NCBI GenBank assembly: GCA_964558395.1
Contig: CAZLDS010000007.1
Location: 6,099 to 70,098, forward strand
Reading direction: 5' to 3'
Length of the DNA stretch: 64,000 bases
Source: an uncultured bacterium
GTDB lineage: Bacteria > Methylomirabilota > Methylomirabilia > Methylomirabilales > CSP1-5
The notes below the pieces were generated by a model. The model did no database searches, had not been told where the DNA came from, and saw only the letters and a program-made list of their open reading frames with translations. Every line of letters begins with the position of its first letter. Position 1 is the stretch's first letter. The position numbers were made by a program, and so were the translations under genes. Positions 26,963-41,914 of the stretch are shown in pieces.

Positions 26963-27619
26963 ATGACGATCAGCGGGGTGATCCAGGCCGGGGGGAAGTC
27001 GACCCGGATGGGGCGCAACAAGGCGTTCCTTGAGATCGGAGGCAAGCGTCTCATCGACCGATTGGTTGATGGACTTCAGCAGATCTTCCCCGAAATCATC
27101 ATTGTGGCCAACACCCCAGATATGTACGACTATCTCGGCGTCCGAGTGGTTTCGGACTTGATTCCCGGCAAGGGATCGCTCGGCGGTATCTACACAGCGA
27201 CGGCTGTTGCCACCCATCCCTGGGCTTTTGTGATGGCGTGTGACATGCCGTTCTTTAACCCCCACCTGATCCAGTACCTCGCGAGCCTCACGGAGGGCTG
27301 GGATGCTGTCGTTCCCTTCACGGACGACTGGGAGCCGCTCTATGCCTTGTACGCTAAGACCTGTCTTCCCCCGATGGAGCGCCTGATTTATTCCGGCGAC
27401 CTGAAGATCTCCCGGTTCTTTCCCCGTGTCCGCGTCCGGCGAGTCAATCGAGAGGAACTCGCGCCCTACGATTCCGAAGGGCTTAGTCTGTTCAATGTCA
27501 ACACGCCAGAAGAGTTTGCCCGGGCCGAGGAATGGTGGCGTCACCTTCCGGCGACAGGGCAGGATACTCATCCTGGCCGCTCGATAGGTCTTCTTCGCCA
27601 GCCAGCCCGTGATCCATGA
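26963..27619 (+). CDS. mobA: molybdenum cofactor guanylyltransferase
   Basis: GVIQAGGKSTRMGRNKAF (the LAGGxSxRMG-type nucleotide-binding motif) and ACDMPF. The tracked TTG start is at 26939. Confidence 0.8.
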   Translation: MTISGVIQAGGKSTRMGRNKAFLEIGGKRLIDRLVDGLQQIFPEIIIVANTPDMYDYLGVRVVSDLIPGKGSLGGIYTATAVATHPWAFVMACDMPFFNPHLIQYLASLTEGWDAVVPFTDDWEPLYALYAKTCLPPMERLIYSGDLKISRFFPRVRVRRVNREELAPYDSEGLSLFNVNTPEEFARAEEWWRHLPATGQDTHPGRSIGLLRQPARDP

Positions 27620-27866
27620 CGCCTCCCACCTCGTCGAATCCGTCCGCATCCGGGCCATGGAGCCGTGGACTTCCCTGCCGATGTTAACCCTGAAGGCGAC
27701 AAAATCACCGGTAGCGCGTCTCGCGAGGAGAAAGTACAGTGAGTGAAGCTCAGAAGCCGACGATCGAGTGTTGCCAAGATGGGCCGGCACCCACTGGCAG
27801 ATCAAGTTCACAAACGAAAAGGACTGACGGCGAGTCGGGCCGGCGAGTTGATTTATCGAATGGGCT

Positions 27867-28694
27867 ATGAGTGAAAAACTGCAGAAGGTATTGGCCCGTG
27901 CGGGTCTCGGAGCGCGCCGGGAGATAGAGCGCTGGATCGAGCAAGGCCGGGTCACGGTAGACGGCAAGTCCGCCAAGCTCGGCGACCGCGTCGAGAGCCA
28001 GCAGAGCATCCGCCTGGATGGGCACATTATTCCCCGTGCAAAAACTCGGGCGGGAACCCGTGTCCTGGCGTATCACAAACCCGAGGGCGAGGTGTGTACC
28101 CATTCCGATCCGCAAGGAAGGCCTACAGTTTTCGATCACCTACCGAAGCCCAGTACCGGTCGATGGGTGGCCATCGGTCGCCTGGACATCAATACGACCG
28201 GACTCCTCTTGCTGACCACAGATGGGGACCTCGCCAATCGCCTGATGCATCCGTCGCAAGAAGTCGAACGTGCATACGCCGTTCGAGTCTTTGGAAGGCT
28301 TAACGAAGAAGTCTTGCATAAAATGAAGACACGCGTCGAACTGGAGGATGGGCCGGCCCGTTTTGATTCGATACGCGATGCCGGTGGCGAGGGAAAGAAC
28401 CACTGGTACCATGTGACGCTTAGAGAAGGACGGAGGCGCGAAGTCCGCCGATTATGGGAGGCCGTCGGCGTAAAGGTCAGCCGGCTGATCCGCATTCGCT
28501 TTGGACCGGTGAGCTTGCCGCGGAATCTGCGGGCGGGGCGCTGGAAGGAACTCGATTCGGCAGCAGTCGCCACTTTACGCGCGGCGGCCGATCTGGGACC
28601 TGCGGAGGACAAGGCGCTGGTTCACACCAAACCGAACTCCGACCGCCGCCAAACAAAGCCTGGCTCGGCACCCAAGAAGGTCCGGCAAGCGTAA
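27867..28694 (+). CDS. rluB: 23S rRNA pseudouridine synthase RluB-like (S4 domain plus RsuA/RluB catalytic domain)
   Basis: KLQKVLARAGLGARREIERWIEQGRVTVDG (S4 domain). GRLDINTTGLLLLTTDG contains the catalytic Asp. Basic C-terminal tail. Confidence 0.85.
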   Translation: MSEKLQKVLARAGLGARREIERWIEQGRVTVDGKSAKLGDRVESQQSIRLDGHIIPRAKTRAGTRVLAYHKPEGEVCTHSDPQGRPTVFDHLPKPSTGRWVAIGRLDINTTGLLLLTTDGDLANRLMHPSQEVERAYAVRVFGRLNEEVLHKMKTRVELEDGPARFDSIRDAGGEGKNHWYHVTLREGRRREVRRLWEAVGVKVSRLIRIRFGPVSLPRNLRAGRWKELDSAAVATLRAAADLGPAEDKALVHTKPNSDRRQTKPGSAPKKVRQA

Positions 28695-28706
28695 AGGATC
28701 TGTGCG

Positions 28707-29513
28707 ATGGACTGGGGAAGTATTGTACTGGCAGGTATCTCTGGCGCCTTAGGCGCAGCAATTGCCTATCTCCTCGTCCGGAATCCGAGGGAGCGTCGAA
28801 TAGCCTACGTCTCGGTTCTGGTCGTCTCCTTCGCGATTTTCAACACTCTTGCCAGGGTGTTTGTCCTCCCTCACATCCGCGTGTGGCAGTACGAGAGACA
28901 GGTCGAACAGCAACTCCAGGATATTCCGGCGTACCGAGCTATTCAAAAGAGTGATCCTCAGACGTATGAGAGGATAAGAGCAATCGCTCGTGACGGCATC
29001 CGGAATGGACAGCGGCCGGAAATCTTGGCCAGCCGCATCCGCGCAGTTATCAGTGAAGTGGTCATCAGATACATCCCGTACGCCTCGGACGATTCCGTGA
29101 TGGAGTTGACAGGGATCATGGTGCGCGAAATAGAGGAATTGACGCAGGCCAGCCCTAACCTCTGTTACCAGTTTCTTTTTCCGCAGCGGTATGGTCCCCT
29201 CGATCTAATGAAACACATAGATCCCAAAACCCTCCAGGCCGATCTCGCCGCCCTGGCAACTCTTATTCAATCTGCAACACACAATCCACAACCTAAGCCA
29301 GACCCGTCACAGAGTGAAACACTGTTAAAGACAGTCTATGCTCGCGTGAACGAAGAATATGGAGATGACATCCGGTTCCTCAATAATCCCCACGACCAAT
29401 CCGTAGATAAGGGAAAGGTGTGCACGATTATTGCTAGGCTCTATACACACGTGCTAAATATGCCAAAGACGCAAAGTAGCTTGGTCCTGCGGTATATGCT
29501 TTCTCGCCGGTAA
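28707..29513 (+). CDS. membrane-anchored hypothetical protein
   Basis: 268-aa ORF with two N-terminal hydrophobic helices and a helical soluble part. Visibly AT-richer than the flanks. Confidence 0.5.
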   Translation: MDWGSIVLAGISGALGAAIAYLLVRNPRERRIAYVSVLVVSFAIFNTLARVFVLPHIRVWQYERQVEQQLQDIPAYRAIQKSDPQTYERIRAIARDGIRNGQRPEILASRIRAVISEVVIRYIPYASDDSVMELTGIMVREIEELTQASPNLCYQFLFPQRYGPLDLMKHIDPKTLQADLAALATLIQSATHNPQPKPDPSQSETLLKTVYARVNEEYGDDIRFLNNPHDQSVDKGKVCTIIARLYTHVLNMPKTQSSLVLRYMLSRR

Positions 29514-29969
29514 GCCCCAACTCGCACCCCTTTAGGGCAGGAATACGGCTCAAGCCCATCTCTACGCGCCATGAGCCGCTGAATTGGAACCCCTCCTCGT
29601 GCGTAGCTCAGGGCTTCGCCCGGAGGCCCCCCCTATGGTGGACCACCCCGGAATGGCGGAGGCAAGGAGCAAAGGCAGCAAGGACGGGGAGGCGGTTATT
29701 TTGCTTGACACGTAACCCCCTATTCGCTTTACTTACGCGCGAAAGGACGATATAAACCTGCTTGATCCGGTTTTTCCCATCGCTCCAAAGGCGCGCCTTC
29801 GCCCGGCACATACGCCGAGACTCGGCAACCGGCCGGGTATTTTGATATCGGCGAGGATGGTCGGGCAACTCCCAACGGTAAAGCTCTACGTAAAAGTTCT
29901 GGTCCGAGAATTGCAGCAATTGTTTGCATTTCGTTTTCAATCAGGCGGCGCATGGAGCGAGGAGAAAGC

Positions 29970-30983
29970 ATGACAAATGATGCGAGAGATCGGTCCTGGC
30001 GGACGGCTGTAGCCAAGTATCAGCGTTCCGATCTGTGGCGCAGTTCGTGGCAGGTCGCCAACACGTTCATCCCCTATTTCCTCGTGTGGTATCTGATGTA
30101 TCGCAGCCTGGCTGTCTCGTATTGGATCACGCTCGCGTTGTCGGTGCTCGCAGCAGGCTTTTTGACACGCATCTTTATCATCTTTCATGACTGTGGACAT
30201 GGGGCCTTTTTCAAGTCCCAGAAAGCCAATGATATTTTAGGATTTATCACCGGTGTCTTAACACTGTCGCCTTATTACGGCTGGCGACACGAACATGCGG
30301 TACACCATGCCACGGCCGGCGATCTGGACCGACGCGGTATTGGAGATATCTGGACGTTAACAGTCAGGGAATATCTGGCCTTGCCGCCCAAGAAACGACT
30401 GTGCTATCGGGTCTACCGTAATCCGCTCGTCCTGTTTTTTCTCGGGCCTCTTTTCCTCTTCCTGATTTGGCACCGCGTACCGGGCCGTGCCGGGAGTAAG
30501 CGAGAACGCCACAGCGTGTATTGGACGAATCTGGCCCTCGCAGCCATTATAGCGGTGATGAGTGTCACCATTGGAATCAAGGCATTCTTCATGGTCCAGT
30601 TCCCGATCGTCGTGATTGCGAGCGCGGCGGGAGTGTGGCTTTTCTATGTGCAGCATCAGTACGAGGGAGTCTACTGGGAGCGCCACGAGGATTGGGATTA
30701 CGTGAGTGTGGCCTTACAGGGCAGTTCATTTTATAAACTACCCAGGATTCTGCAGTGGTTCACGGGCAACATAGGGTTCCACCATGTTCATCACCTAAGC
30801 CCTCGCATCCCCAATTATTACCTGGAAAAGTGCCACAATGAGAATCCGATGTTCCACCAAGTGAAGTCGATTGGTCTATGTGAGAGTTTTAAATCGCTGT
30901 CCTTTCGTCTCTGGGACGAAGATCAACATCAGTTGGTCGGATTCGACCACCTTAAAACGCTTCAAGGCCAACACGCCTCATAG
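29970..30983 (+). CDS. membrane fatty acid desaturase
   Basis: Three His boxes: HDCGH, WRHEHAVHH, FHHVHHL. ATG at 29970 is preceded by GAGGAG. The tracked start is 29952. Confidence 0.85.
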   Translation: MTNDARDRSWRTAVAKYQRSDLWRSSWQVANTFIPYFLVWYLMYRSLAVSYWITLALSVLAAGFLTRIFIIFHDCGHGAFFKSQKANDILGFITGVLTLSPYYGWRHEHAVHHATAGDLDRRGIGDIWTLTVREYLALPPKKRLCYRVYRNPLVLFFLGPLFLFLIWHRVPGRAGSKRERHSVYWTNLALAAIIAVMSVTIGIKAFFMVQFPIVVIASAAGVWLFYVQHQYEGVYWERHEDWDYVSVALQGSSFYKLPRILQWFTGNIGFHHVHHLSPRIPNYYLEKCHNENPMFHQVKSIGLCESFKSLSFRLWDEDQHQLVGFDHLKTLQGQHAS

Positions 30984-31105
30984 AATCACCCTGCCACATT
31001 CTGCTGTTCGTCCGCCTTTTAGCCTACCCTGCGAACGCGACAGGGAAATGCCAGCATTTGCGGATGCTGAGGTCTTGCTTGTCAGGCTCGGCTGAAAGAC
31101 TAGGA

Positions 31106-31660
31106 TCAGATCGAGTTTTTGAGGAGATATTGGCGCAATCGGTCGGCGTGCACACGGGCACCGGGAAGGTGGGGATTGACCTTGAGGGCCGCCTCGAAGG
31201 CCTTCAGTGCGGCCAGATCGTCGCCGACGGCGAGGTAGATGAGGCCGAGGCCCGAGAGGGCCCCGAAATGTCGCGGTTCGAGGGTGAGGGTGCGTTCGAC
31301 ATCGCGCACTGATGCCTCATACTCCCCCATCAGGTAATAGACCGTGGCCCGCTTGTTCCACCCCTCGGCGAAGTCGGGCTCGGTCTCTACGACCTTATCA
31401 AAGACAGCAAGTGCCTCCTCATAGTGACGGCGGGACATTGCGGCAACACCCTCAGTCATCAACGCATCGACGACGGCGCTGTCTGACTGTCCCCAGATGA
31501 CCCAGATCTGGTGCGTAAGGGCCGCCGCCTCGGCCTCGCTATCTGTCGCCTTGAGGCGGTCAAACAGAACGTTCAGGCGCCCGTCGGTCTGGCTCGCAAA
31601 GGTGATGGCCGCCAGCGATGTCACTAGGACCAGAACTATCGATCCAATAATACGGACCAT
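31106..31660 (-). CDS. secreted TPR-repeat protein
   Basis: Signal peptide plus 3-4 TPR units (YEEALAVFDKVVETEPDFAEGWNKRATVYYLMGEYEASV...). Confidence 0.7.
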   Translation of the reverse strand: MVRIIGSIVLVLVTSLAAITFASQTDGRLNVLFDRLKATDSEAEAAALTHQIWVIWGQSDSAVVDALMTEGVAAMSRRHYEEALAVFDKVVETEPDFAEGWNKRATVYYLMGEYEASVRDVERTLTLEPRHFGALSGLGLIYLAVGDDLAALKAFEAALKVNPHLPGARVHADRLRQYLLKNSI

Positions 31661-31886
31661 GCGTTCAACTCCCGATTTATCCGTTTGTCAGCAACGAAGA
31701 CGTTTCCCGCTTTTGGCGTTTGAATGAGTGATTGAAAGTGCCTTGCGGTCCTTTCAAATTATCCTTATCATGGGAGCCATAAATTCGTACAAGTGGAGCC
31801 GGCCCATCCAGCGTAAAACGAGAAGCGGGGCCCAATCGTACTGAGAACGGCCATAGACGTCTTCCAAGCCGTGGAAGGGGGAAGCG

Positions 31887-32066
31887 ATGGCTAGCGAGGA
31901 AACCCGTCGGCTGCTCAAAGTCTTCGGAATCGCCGTCACTGATTTCGAGGATGCGGTGACGCAGGGTGCGCCGCCCCAAGATGTGTCCAAGGCAGAAGCG
32001 GAGGTCCGCACCCGCCTCCGGGAGGTCACGGCGCTCATCGAACGCCTCTATAGTCAGCGAAAGTAA
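31887..32066 (+). CDS. candidate small protein (59 aa), below the ORF-track cutoff
   Basis: ATG at 31887 preceded by GGAAGGGGGAAGCG, stop TAA at 32064-32066. Translation: MASEETRRLLKVFGIAVTDFEDAVTQGAPPQDVSKAEAEVRTRLREVTALIERLYSQRK. Confidence 0.35.
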   Translation: MASEETRRLLKVFGIAVTDFEDAVTQGAPPQDVSKAEAEVRTRLREVTALIERLYSQRK

Positions 32067-32148
32067 TCAGGCAACGCGTGACCCGGGATTGCCCTGGGTC
32101 GAGCGAAGTCAAGCATGCCGACTAAACCCTTGGGATAACTCGCCGGTC

Positions 32149-32619
32149 TCAACCTGTGCCTGTATGTGGGGATCTCGGATCAGTGGATTCTTGAGGAGCA
32201 AAGATCGTTATTGTTTCCCCTGTCGTTTCCTCTATGATCTCCACACCTTCTTTTTGCAGGAAGTCCTCCTGATCCCTAGTGAGCTTCATGAGCCTGTCTC
32301 CAGATCTTCGTAAAAGCAGCATACTGGCCCGCAAATCAAAGGTCGGTTCCGCCCGTAAGTGCGGTCGATTCTTGTCGAAAGTGAGAATGGCACTTTTGAA
32401 TTCCTCGGGCACTGGCTGGAGAGATTTGTTTAACAAGATGATTTCCGCGCTATATTCTGGGGCAATCTCCTGAAAACTCCCGACGTATGTGTTGTCTCTC
32501 CACTCAATGAATGCAGGAATTCCGGGCGGATTTTGCCTCAGCATCCGTTCCTTTTCCGCCGCCAAGTATCTGATCAGACCAAAGACGTCTGGTGGGTGAT
32601 TCATTCGCTCGAGCCCCAA
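32149..32619 (-). CDS. hypothetical protein
   Basis: 156-aa ORF in an AT-richer segment, with no recognised motif. Confidence 0.45.
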   Translation of the reverse strand: MGLERMNHPPDVFGLIRYLAAEKERMLRQNPPGIPAFIEWRDNTYVGSFQEIAPEYSAEIILLNKSLQPVPEEFKSAILTFDKNRPHLRAEPTFDLRASMLLLRRSGDRLMKLTRDQEDFLQKEGVEIIEETTGETITIFAPQESTDPRSPHTGTG

Positions 32620-32710
32620 CTACCCGGATCAGTGGCCACGCGAAGTGATCAACTCCAGGAGGGGGGATAAAGTATAGAGCACCGTTCGCCTGAGTGAAAC
32701 CCCGGAGGGA

Positions 32711-33049
32711 TCAGGAGCATCCCGGACCCTTTACTTCGCTTTGAGCGGTGCCGTCAGGCACGAGGCTCGCCAGGAATCCGGTGGGGTCAGCCCGGTATTG
32801 ATCGAGGAACTCCTGCAGCTGCTTCAATACCTTCTCTCGAGTCGAGAGCTTGTACCAGTACAACCGAATGGGGCCGACCAGCTTGAGATAGTAATGGTTC
32901 CCTGCGTCGTACTGGGCCGAACAGGCACCAGGGTTCCTCGCGACCCGAAGCTGATCTCCAAAGGCCTCCGCGTACTGGGCAAGCAGTGACTCTTCGTAAA
33001 GGTCCTGGGGGATTTCGGGAAATCTGGCAACCAGTTCTTGAACGGTCAT
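32711..33049 (-). CDS. hypothetical protein
   Basis: 112-aa ORF with no recognised motif. Confidence 0.45.
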   Translation of the reverse strand: MTVQELVARFPEIPQDLYEESLLAQYAEAFGDQLRVARNPGACSAQYDAGNHYYLKLVGPIRLYWYKLSTREKVLKQLQEFLDQYRADPTGFLASLVPDGTAQSEVKGPGCS

Positions 33050-33233
33050 GGAAATCTTCCTCCCCGGCTTGTTCAGACTTTGCGGTCATATCCACGATAG
33101 TCAGTTTTCAGTCGTCTGTCAACCTATCCTCAGCCCGGGGGACGCGGCCCTTGACACTCTCTGTCCCCTCCGTTAAGGTCAGACTTAGCGCAATGATATC
33201 CCTCCGACCAAGCGGACAATCAAGAGCACCGTC

Positions 33234-36872
<3,639 letters not shown>

Positions 36873-36889
36873 TCCTTGAACTCTATCGA

Positions 36890-37249
36890 TCACGCCTCAC
36901 CCTCGCCTCCTTCAATCAGATCGGGGACGCGAAACAGGCGGTCTACGTCCCGATGGTTATAAAAGCCCACGGCCTCCCGTTGGATGATGAGATAACGACG
37001 ATATGTCATGGCCTTTTCCCGTAAGGCATTATACTCTTGGGTTAAGCCGCGGATCGTCTGAAGGATGGAGTCCCGTTCAAGCGAGGCTTCATCCAGTTTC
37101 CCCCGCAGGGTGTCGATCGTCTGCCTCAATTCATCCAGCTTCCGCAGAACCAGCTCTAACCGCTCGCCCGCCCTGCCCAAGGCCTCCGCCTTCTCGCGCT
37201 GAATCTCGGCCTGCAGCCTCTCGTACTCCCTAGAGAGCTCCTGGTCCAT
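36890..37249 (-). CDS. coiled-coil protein of unknown function
   Basis: From the internal ATG at 37249: 119 aa that look coiled-coil by eye (long charged helical stretches), ending in YRRYLIIQREAVGFYNHRDV. The tracked 174-aa ORF overlaps the upstream gene. Confidence 0.45.
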   Translation of the reverse strand: MDQELSREYERLQAEIQREKAEALGRAGERLELVLRKLDELRQTIDTLRGKLDEASLERDSILQTIRGLTQEYNALREKAMTYRRYLIIQREAVGFYNHRDVDRLFRVPDLIEGGEGEA

Positions 37250-37298
37250 TTCTGCGAAGCACCCCTGTGGCGCAATATTGGGGACGGCGATAAGCCAA

Positions 37299-38054
37299 CT
37301 AGCACGGCCCTGCATTGAAAAACTCAAGCTCGAACGCTTCTGCATACATATGCATTTGTAAATTACCCTGCGCAATTTCGCGGTTAACGCGCAACACGCG
37401 CTCGTCAAGGCCATGGTTCCTTGTATTGAAGTTCCGCTGCTGCTGGGATTCGTGAAACCGAATTAACTGCCCCTTCCATTCTGCATCTTTTTCCTCAAAT
37501 ACAGTATACACATCGTGACGCATCCTGATTGTCTTAGGATCTCTATTGTAAAACGCTACAAGCGAATAACCTACCCCCTGGGCAATTCTTCGAAAGATAG
37601 AGTACGTCCTCTGATGTCCAATATTTGTGTCGTTGCCGTGAGGAAGAAAGACCATGTCCGGCCGTTTTCCTAGAAAGTGACCCCGAACGCGTCCAACATT
37701 TGCATCATTCTCAATGATGTGGCCCGCATGGTCTTCCTGAAGCCTCAGAAAGATCAGGGACGAATCTGGCAATCCAAAAAATTTACAGCTGTTCCTTTGT
37801 TCCTTTTCTCTTATCTCAGCTTTTGCTTTTCTGGTAGGAGGAGAGCAAAACTCATCCTCCACCCCACTGGCTCCGGAACTGAGGACTGCCACGTCTATGG
37901 GGTTTCCATTGTCCTTGAAAAAACGCATTGTTATAGCGATTTCATCAAAATCATCTGGGTGAGGGGCCAGAACCAAAATAGCGAGCTGCTTTGGCACTCG
38001 AAGTGAATGAAGAAAAACAGGCATTTCAGCTTTCAGGAAGTCTTTCATGTTCAT
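37299..38054 (-). CDS. PIG-L/LmbE-family N-acetylglucosaminyl deacetylase-like protein
   Basis: VLAPHPDDFDE is the PIG-L PHPDD metal site, with later His residues (HGNDTNIGH). Markedly AT-rich relative to neighbours. Confidence 0.65.
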   Translation of the reverse strand: MNMKDFLKAEMPVFLHSLRVPKQLAILVLAPHPDDFDEIAITMRFFKDNGNPIDVAVLSSGASGVEDEFCSPPTRKAKAEIREKEQRNSCKFFGLPDSSLIFLRLQEDHAGHIIENDANVGRVRGHFLGKRPDMVFLPHGNDTNIGHQRTYSIFRRIAQGVGYSLVAFYNRDPKTIRMRHDVYTVFEEKDAEWKGQLIRFHESQQQRNFNTRNHGLDERVLRVNREIAQGNLQMHMYAEAFELEFFNAGPC

Positions 38055-38177
38055 ATATTACCCCTCCGCCGGTCCATCGCCCGGAGCAAGAGCGTGACAC
38101 GCAGAGGTTGACATGCTGGCTGAGACGCACCGAAGGAGCCCTTGGCCGTATCAAGTAGGACCCGTTGCGAGATCATT

Positions 38178-38960
38178 CTAAACTTTGCTATGCTCGGGTT
38201 TCCACTGGGAAGTGCCATCGGGGAGGGAAATCGGCGTGAAGTCGCCAAAGAGATGAGGGGCCTCTTTTTCCATAATCTCGGCCACTTTCCCGAAGATCAT
38301 GCGGATCTCCACTTCGGCCCCGGGCTCTGTTCTGGCCTCGATCACCCAGCGGAGCGTCCTGGCATTGGCCGTCCAGATGATCGTAGTCGCTATCCCGTCG
38401 GGGGCAACTCGCCGCATGGCCGAGGTCAGCACCTTCTTCTCATGGAACGGTCGTACCTCGATTTCCAATACGTCCGCAAAGCGCTTTTGGGCCTCCTCAC
38501 TTTTGCGGACGACCTCTTCGAAGATTGCGAACGCCTCGGGGTTCTCGCGGATCTCGCGGGGCACCCACATGGGGATCTCTGTCAGACGTACGAAGCGGAG
38601 GCTCTCTTGACTGATGGCGGTCCCGGCCCGATGCCGAACGAGTTCATGGGTGAAAACACGACTAACGTTAAAGAAGGCAAAAGTCCAGTTGGCGTGCTCA
38701 ATAACGCTGCCGTGCTTGACGGTCAAAATATTCTCCAGATAGACTTTGCTGCCCTCCCGGATTTTCGTAACGTTGGGATTTAAACCTGGCTCAAAGGAAC
38801 GATAGCAGGACCGTCCTGCCACCTCGATCAGCTTCTCTCCCGCCGAGGGTGCGTCGGTCTCCCAACCTGAAGCGCCCACCGCCTCAAGATACGCGGCAAG
38901 TCCCTCTTCGTTGACGGCGGGCCGCGCCAGGAGAAAAACCTGCGGTTCCACCTGCTTCAT
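38178..38960 (-). CDS. thyX: FAD-dependent thymidylate synthase
   Basis: THELVRHRAGTAISQESLRF contains the ThyX RHRxxxxxS motif. The length is typical. Confidence 0.85.
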   Translation of the reverse strand: MKQVEPQVFLLARPAVNEEGLAAYLEAVGASGWETDAPSAGEKLIEVAGRSCYRSFEPGLNPNVTKIREGSKVYLENILTVKHGSVIEHANWTFAFFNVSRVFTHELVRHRAGTAISQESLRFVRLTEIPMWVPREIRENPEAFAIFEEVVRKSEEAQKRFADVLEIEVRPFHEKKVLTSAMRRVAPDGIATTIIWTANARTLRWVIEARTEPGAEVEIRMIFGKVAEIMEKEAPHLFGDFTPISLPDGTSQWKPEHSKV

Positions 38961-39044
38961 CCTCGCCTCCGTTGGCAGCTATTGTGATGACTTGAACCTC
39001 GACCCGTCAAGGGAAATATCTCCACGACTAGAGAGTAGCGCTCG

Positions 39045-39140
39045 GCAGTCCGCTGTCAGTTGTCAGCAACCGGATGAGAGACTAGAGCCTCGAGTTCAGA
39101 GTGTAGGCTCTCCGGTCTCCCGTCTCTGATGGCCGACAGC
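39045..39140. repeat. intergenic repeat element: heptamers (GTCCGCT GTCAGTT GTCAGCA) plus an internal hairpin, bounded by GCTGTCAG...GCCGACAGC
   Basis: It has the same terminal motifs as the element at 25541-25589. The interior carries the inverted repeats GAGAGAC-TAGAGCC...GGCTCT-ccg-GTCTC. Confidence 0.6.
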
Positions 39141-39143
39141 TTC

Positions 39144-39938
39144 CTAAAAGGGAAGCGATGCCGTGACGAGGAGATAGCGCCCCAGAAACTCACCGAGAAA
39201 GACGGTGATCACGGCAATGTAATAGAAGCCCGTGGCCGCCTGCACGTTGGGGAGACGCAGGCAGTTTAAGATCACGAGCGCGACAACCAAGGAGCCGCCG
39301 ATCCCGACCAGCATGCGACCAAAGAGGAGCGCCCAATGTTCCCCGAGCAGGCGGACCCATTCTCCCGCCAGGCCTCCCTGACCAAGACCATAGACCAACA
39401 GCGTGAAGAGCGCCGGGAGCGCCCCCTGCAGCAGAATCACCACGAAGAAGACATCGGAAACGCGCTTGATGAGCCGGAGGGGCAAGTGGGGCTCATTCAG
39501 ATACCGGTGCCCGAGCAACAATCCCATCAGGGCTACCCCTAGGATGAGGGCCGATGTCAGGGCATTCGTCGTTCCCATCATGATGCCCAACGACCCCGCC
39601 GCGGGGATGGGGTATCGCAAAACATCGACCACCAGAAGGGCCACCCCCGCGAGGACAGCCAGCCGATGAACGGACCCTGCTCCGGGACTCCCGGGCATAA
39701 ACGAGACCAACGTAAAGGCCAGCAACAGGACGAAAAAAAGGACGCTCAACCACAGAACAATCCCCCCTTGCCCCCATGACTTCCACAGGGCCAGCCCCTC
39801 GACTGCGAGGAGGATCAGGCCACAGATCCGAAAAAATTGCCGGCTAATTGCCGCAGGAGGGATCAACAGAAGGGCCACCATGCCGCCGACCGCAACCTGG
39901 TGGAGGAAAAAGACGAAGGCCCGACCTAGATCATCCAT
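39144..39938 (-). CDS. polytopic membrane protein of unknown function
   Basis: 264 aa, about 8 TM helices, 69 nt downstream of thiC. Confidence 0.5.
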   Translation of the reverse strand: MDDLGRAFVFFLHQVAVGGMVALLLIPPAAISRQFFRICGLILLAVEGLALWKSWGQGGIVLWLSVLFFVLLLAFTLVSFMPGSPGAGSVHRLAVLAGVALLVVDVLRYPIPAAGSLGIMMGTTNALTSALILGVALMGLLLGHRYLNEPHLPLRLIKRVSDVFFVVILLQGALPALFTLLVYGLGQGGLAGEWVRLLGEHWALLFGRMLVGIGGSLVVALVILNCLRLPNVQAATGFYYIAVITVFLGEFLGRYLLVTASLPF

Positions 39939-40007
39939 CGTCCTTACGAACGAACGACCGGCGACAGGCAGTGAGTCTGACTGGTCGCGCCCGATCGGTG
40001 CCGTTCA

Positions 40008-41891
<1,884 letters not shown>

Positions 41892-41914
41892 TCAAAAAAA
41901 CGGCTCTTCCACCA

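Noticed and set aside
26639-28027. 462-aa ORF on the minus strand
   Set aside because: It is antisense to mobA (clear GGKSTRMG motif) and to the start of rluB. It has no motifs and a shadow-ORF composition.
29514-29969. tRNA-like fragment (GCGTAGCTCAGGG) and the 110-aa and 95-aa minus-strand ORFs in the gap before the desaturase
   Set aside because: No acceptor or anticodon/T-arm pairing can be built around the D-loop-like fragment. The ORFs are Arg/Lys-rich without RBS or motifs. The 450-nt gap remains unexplained.
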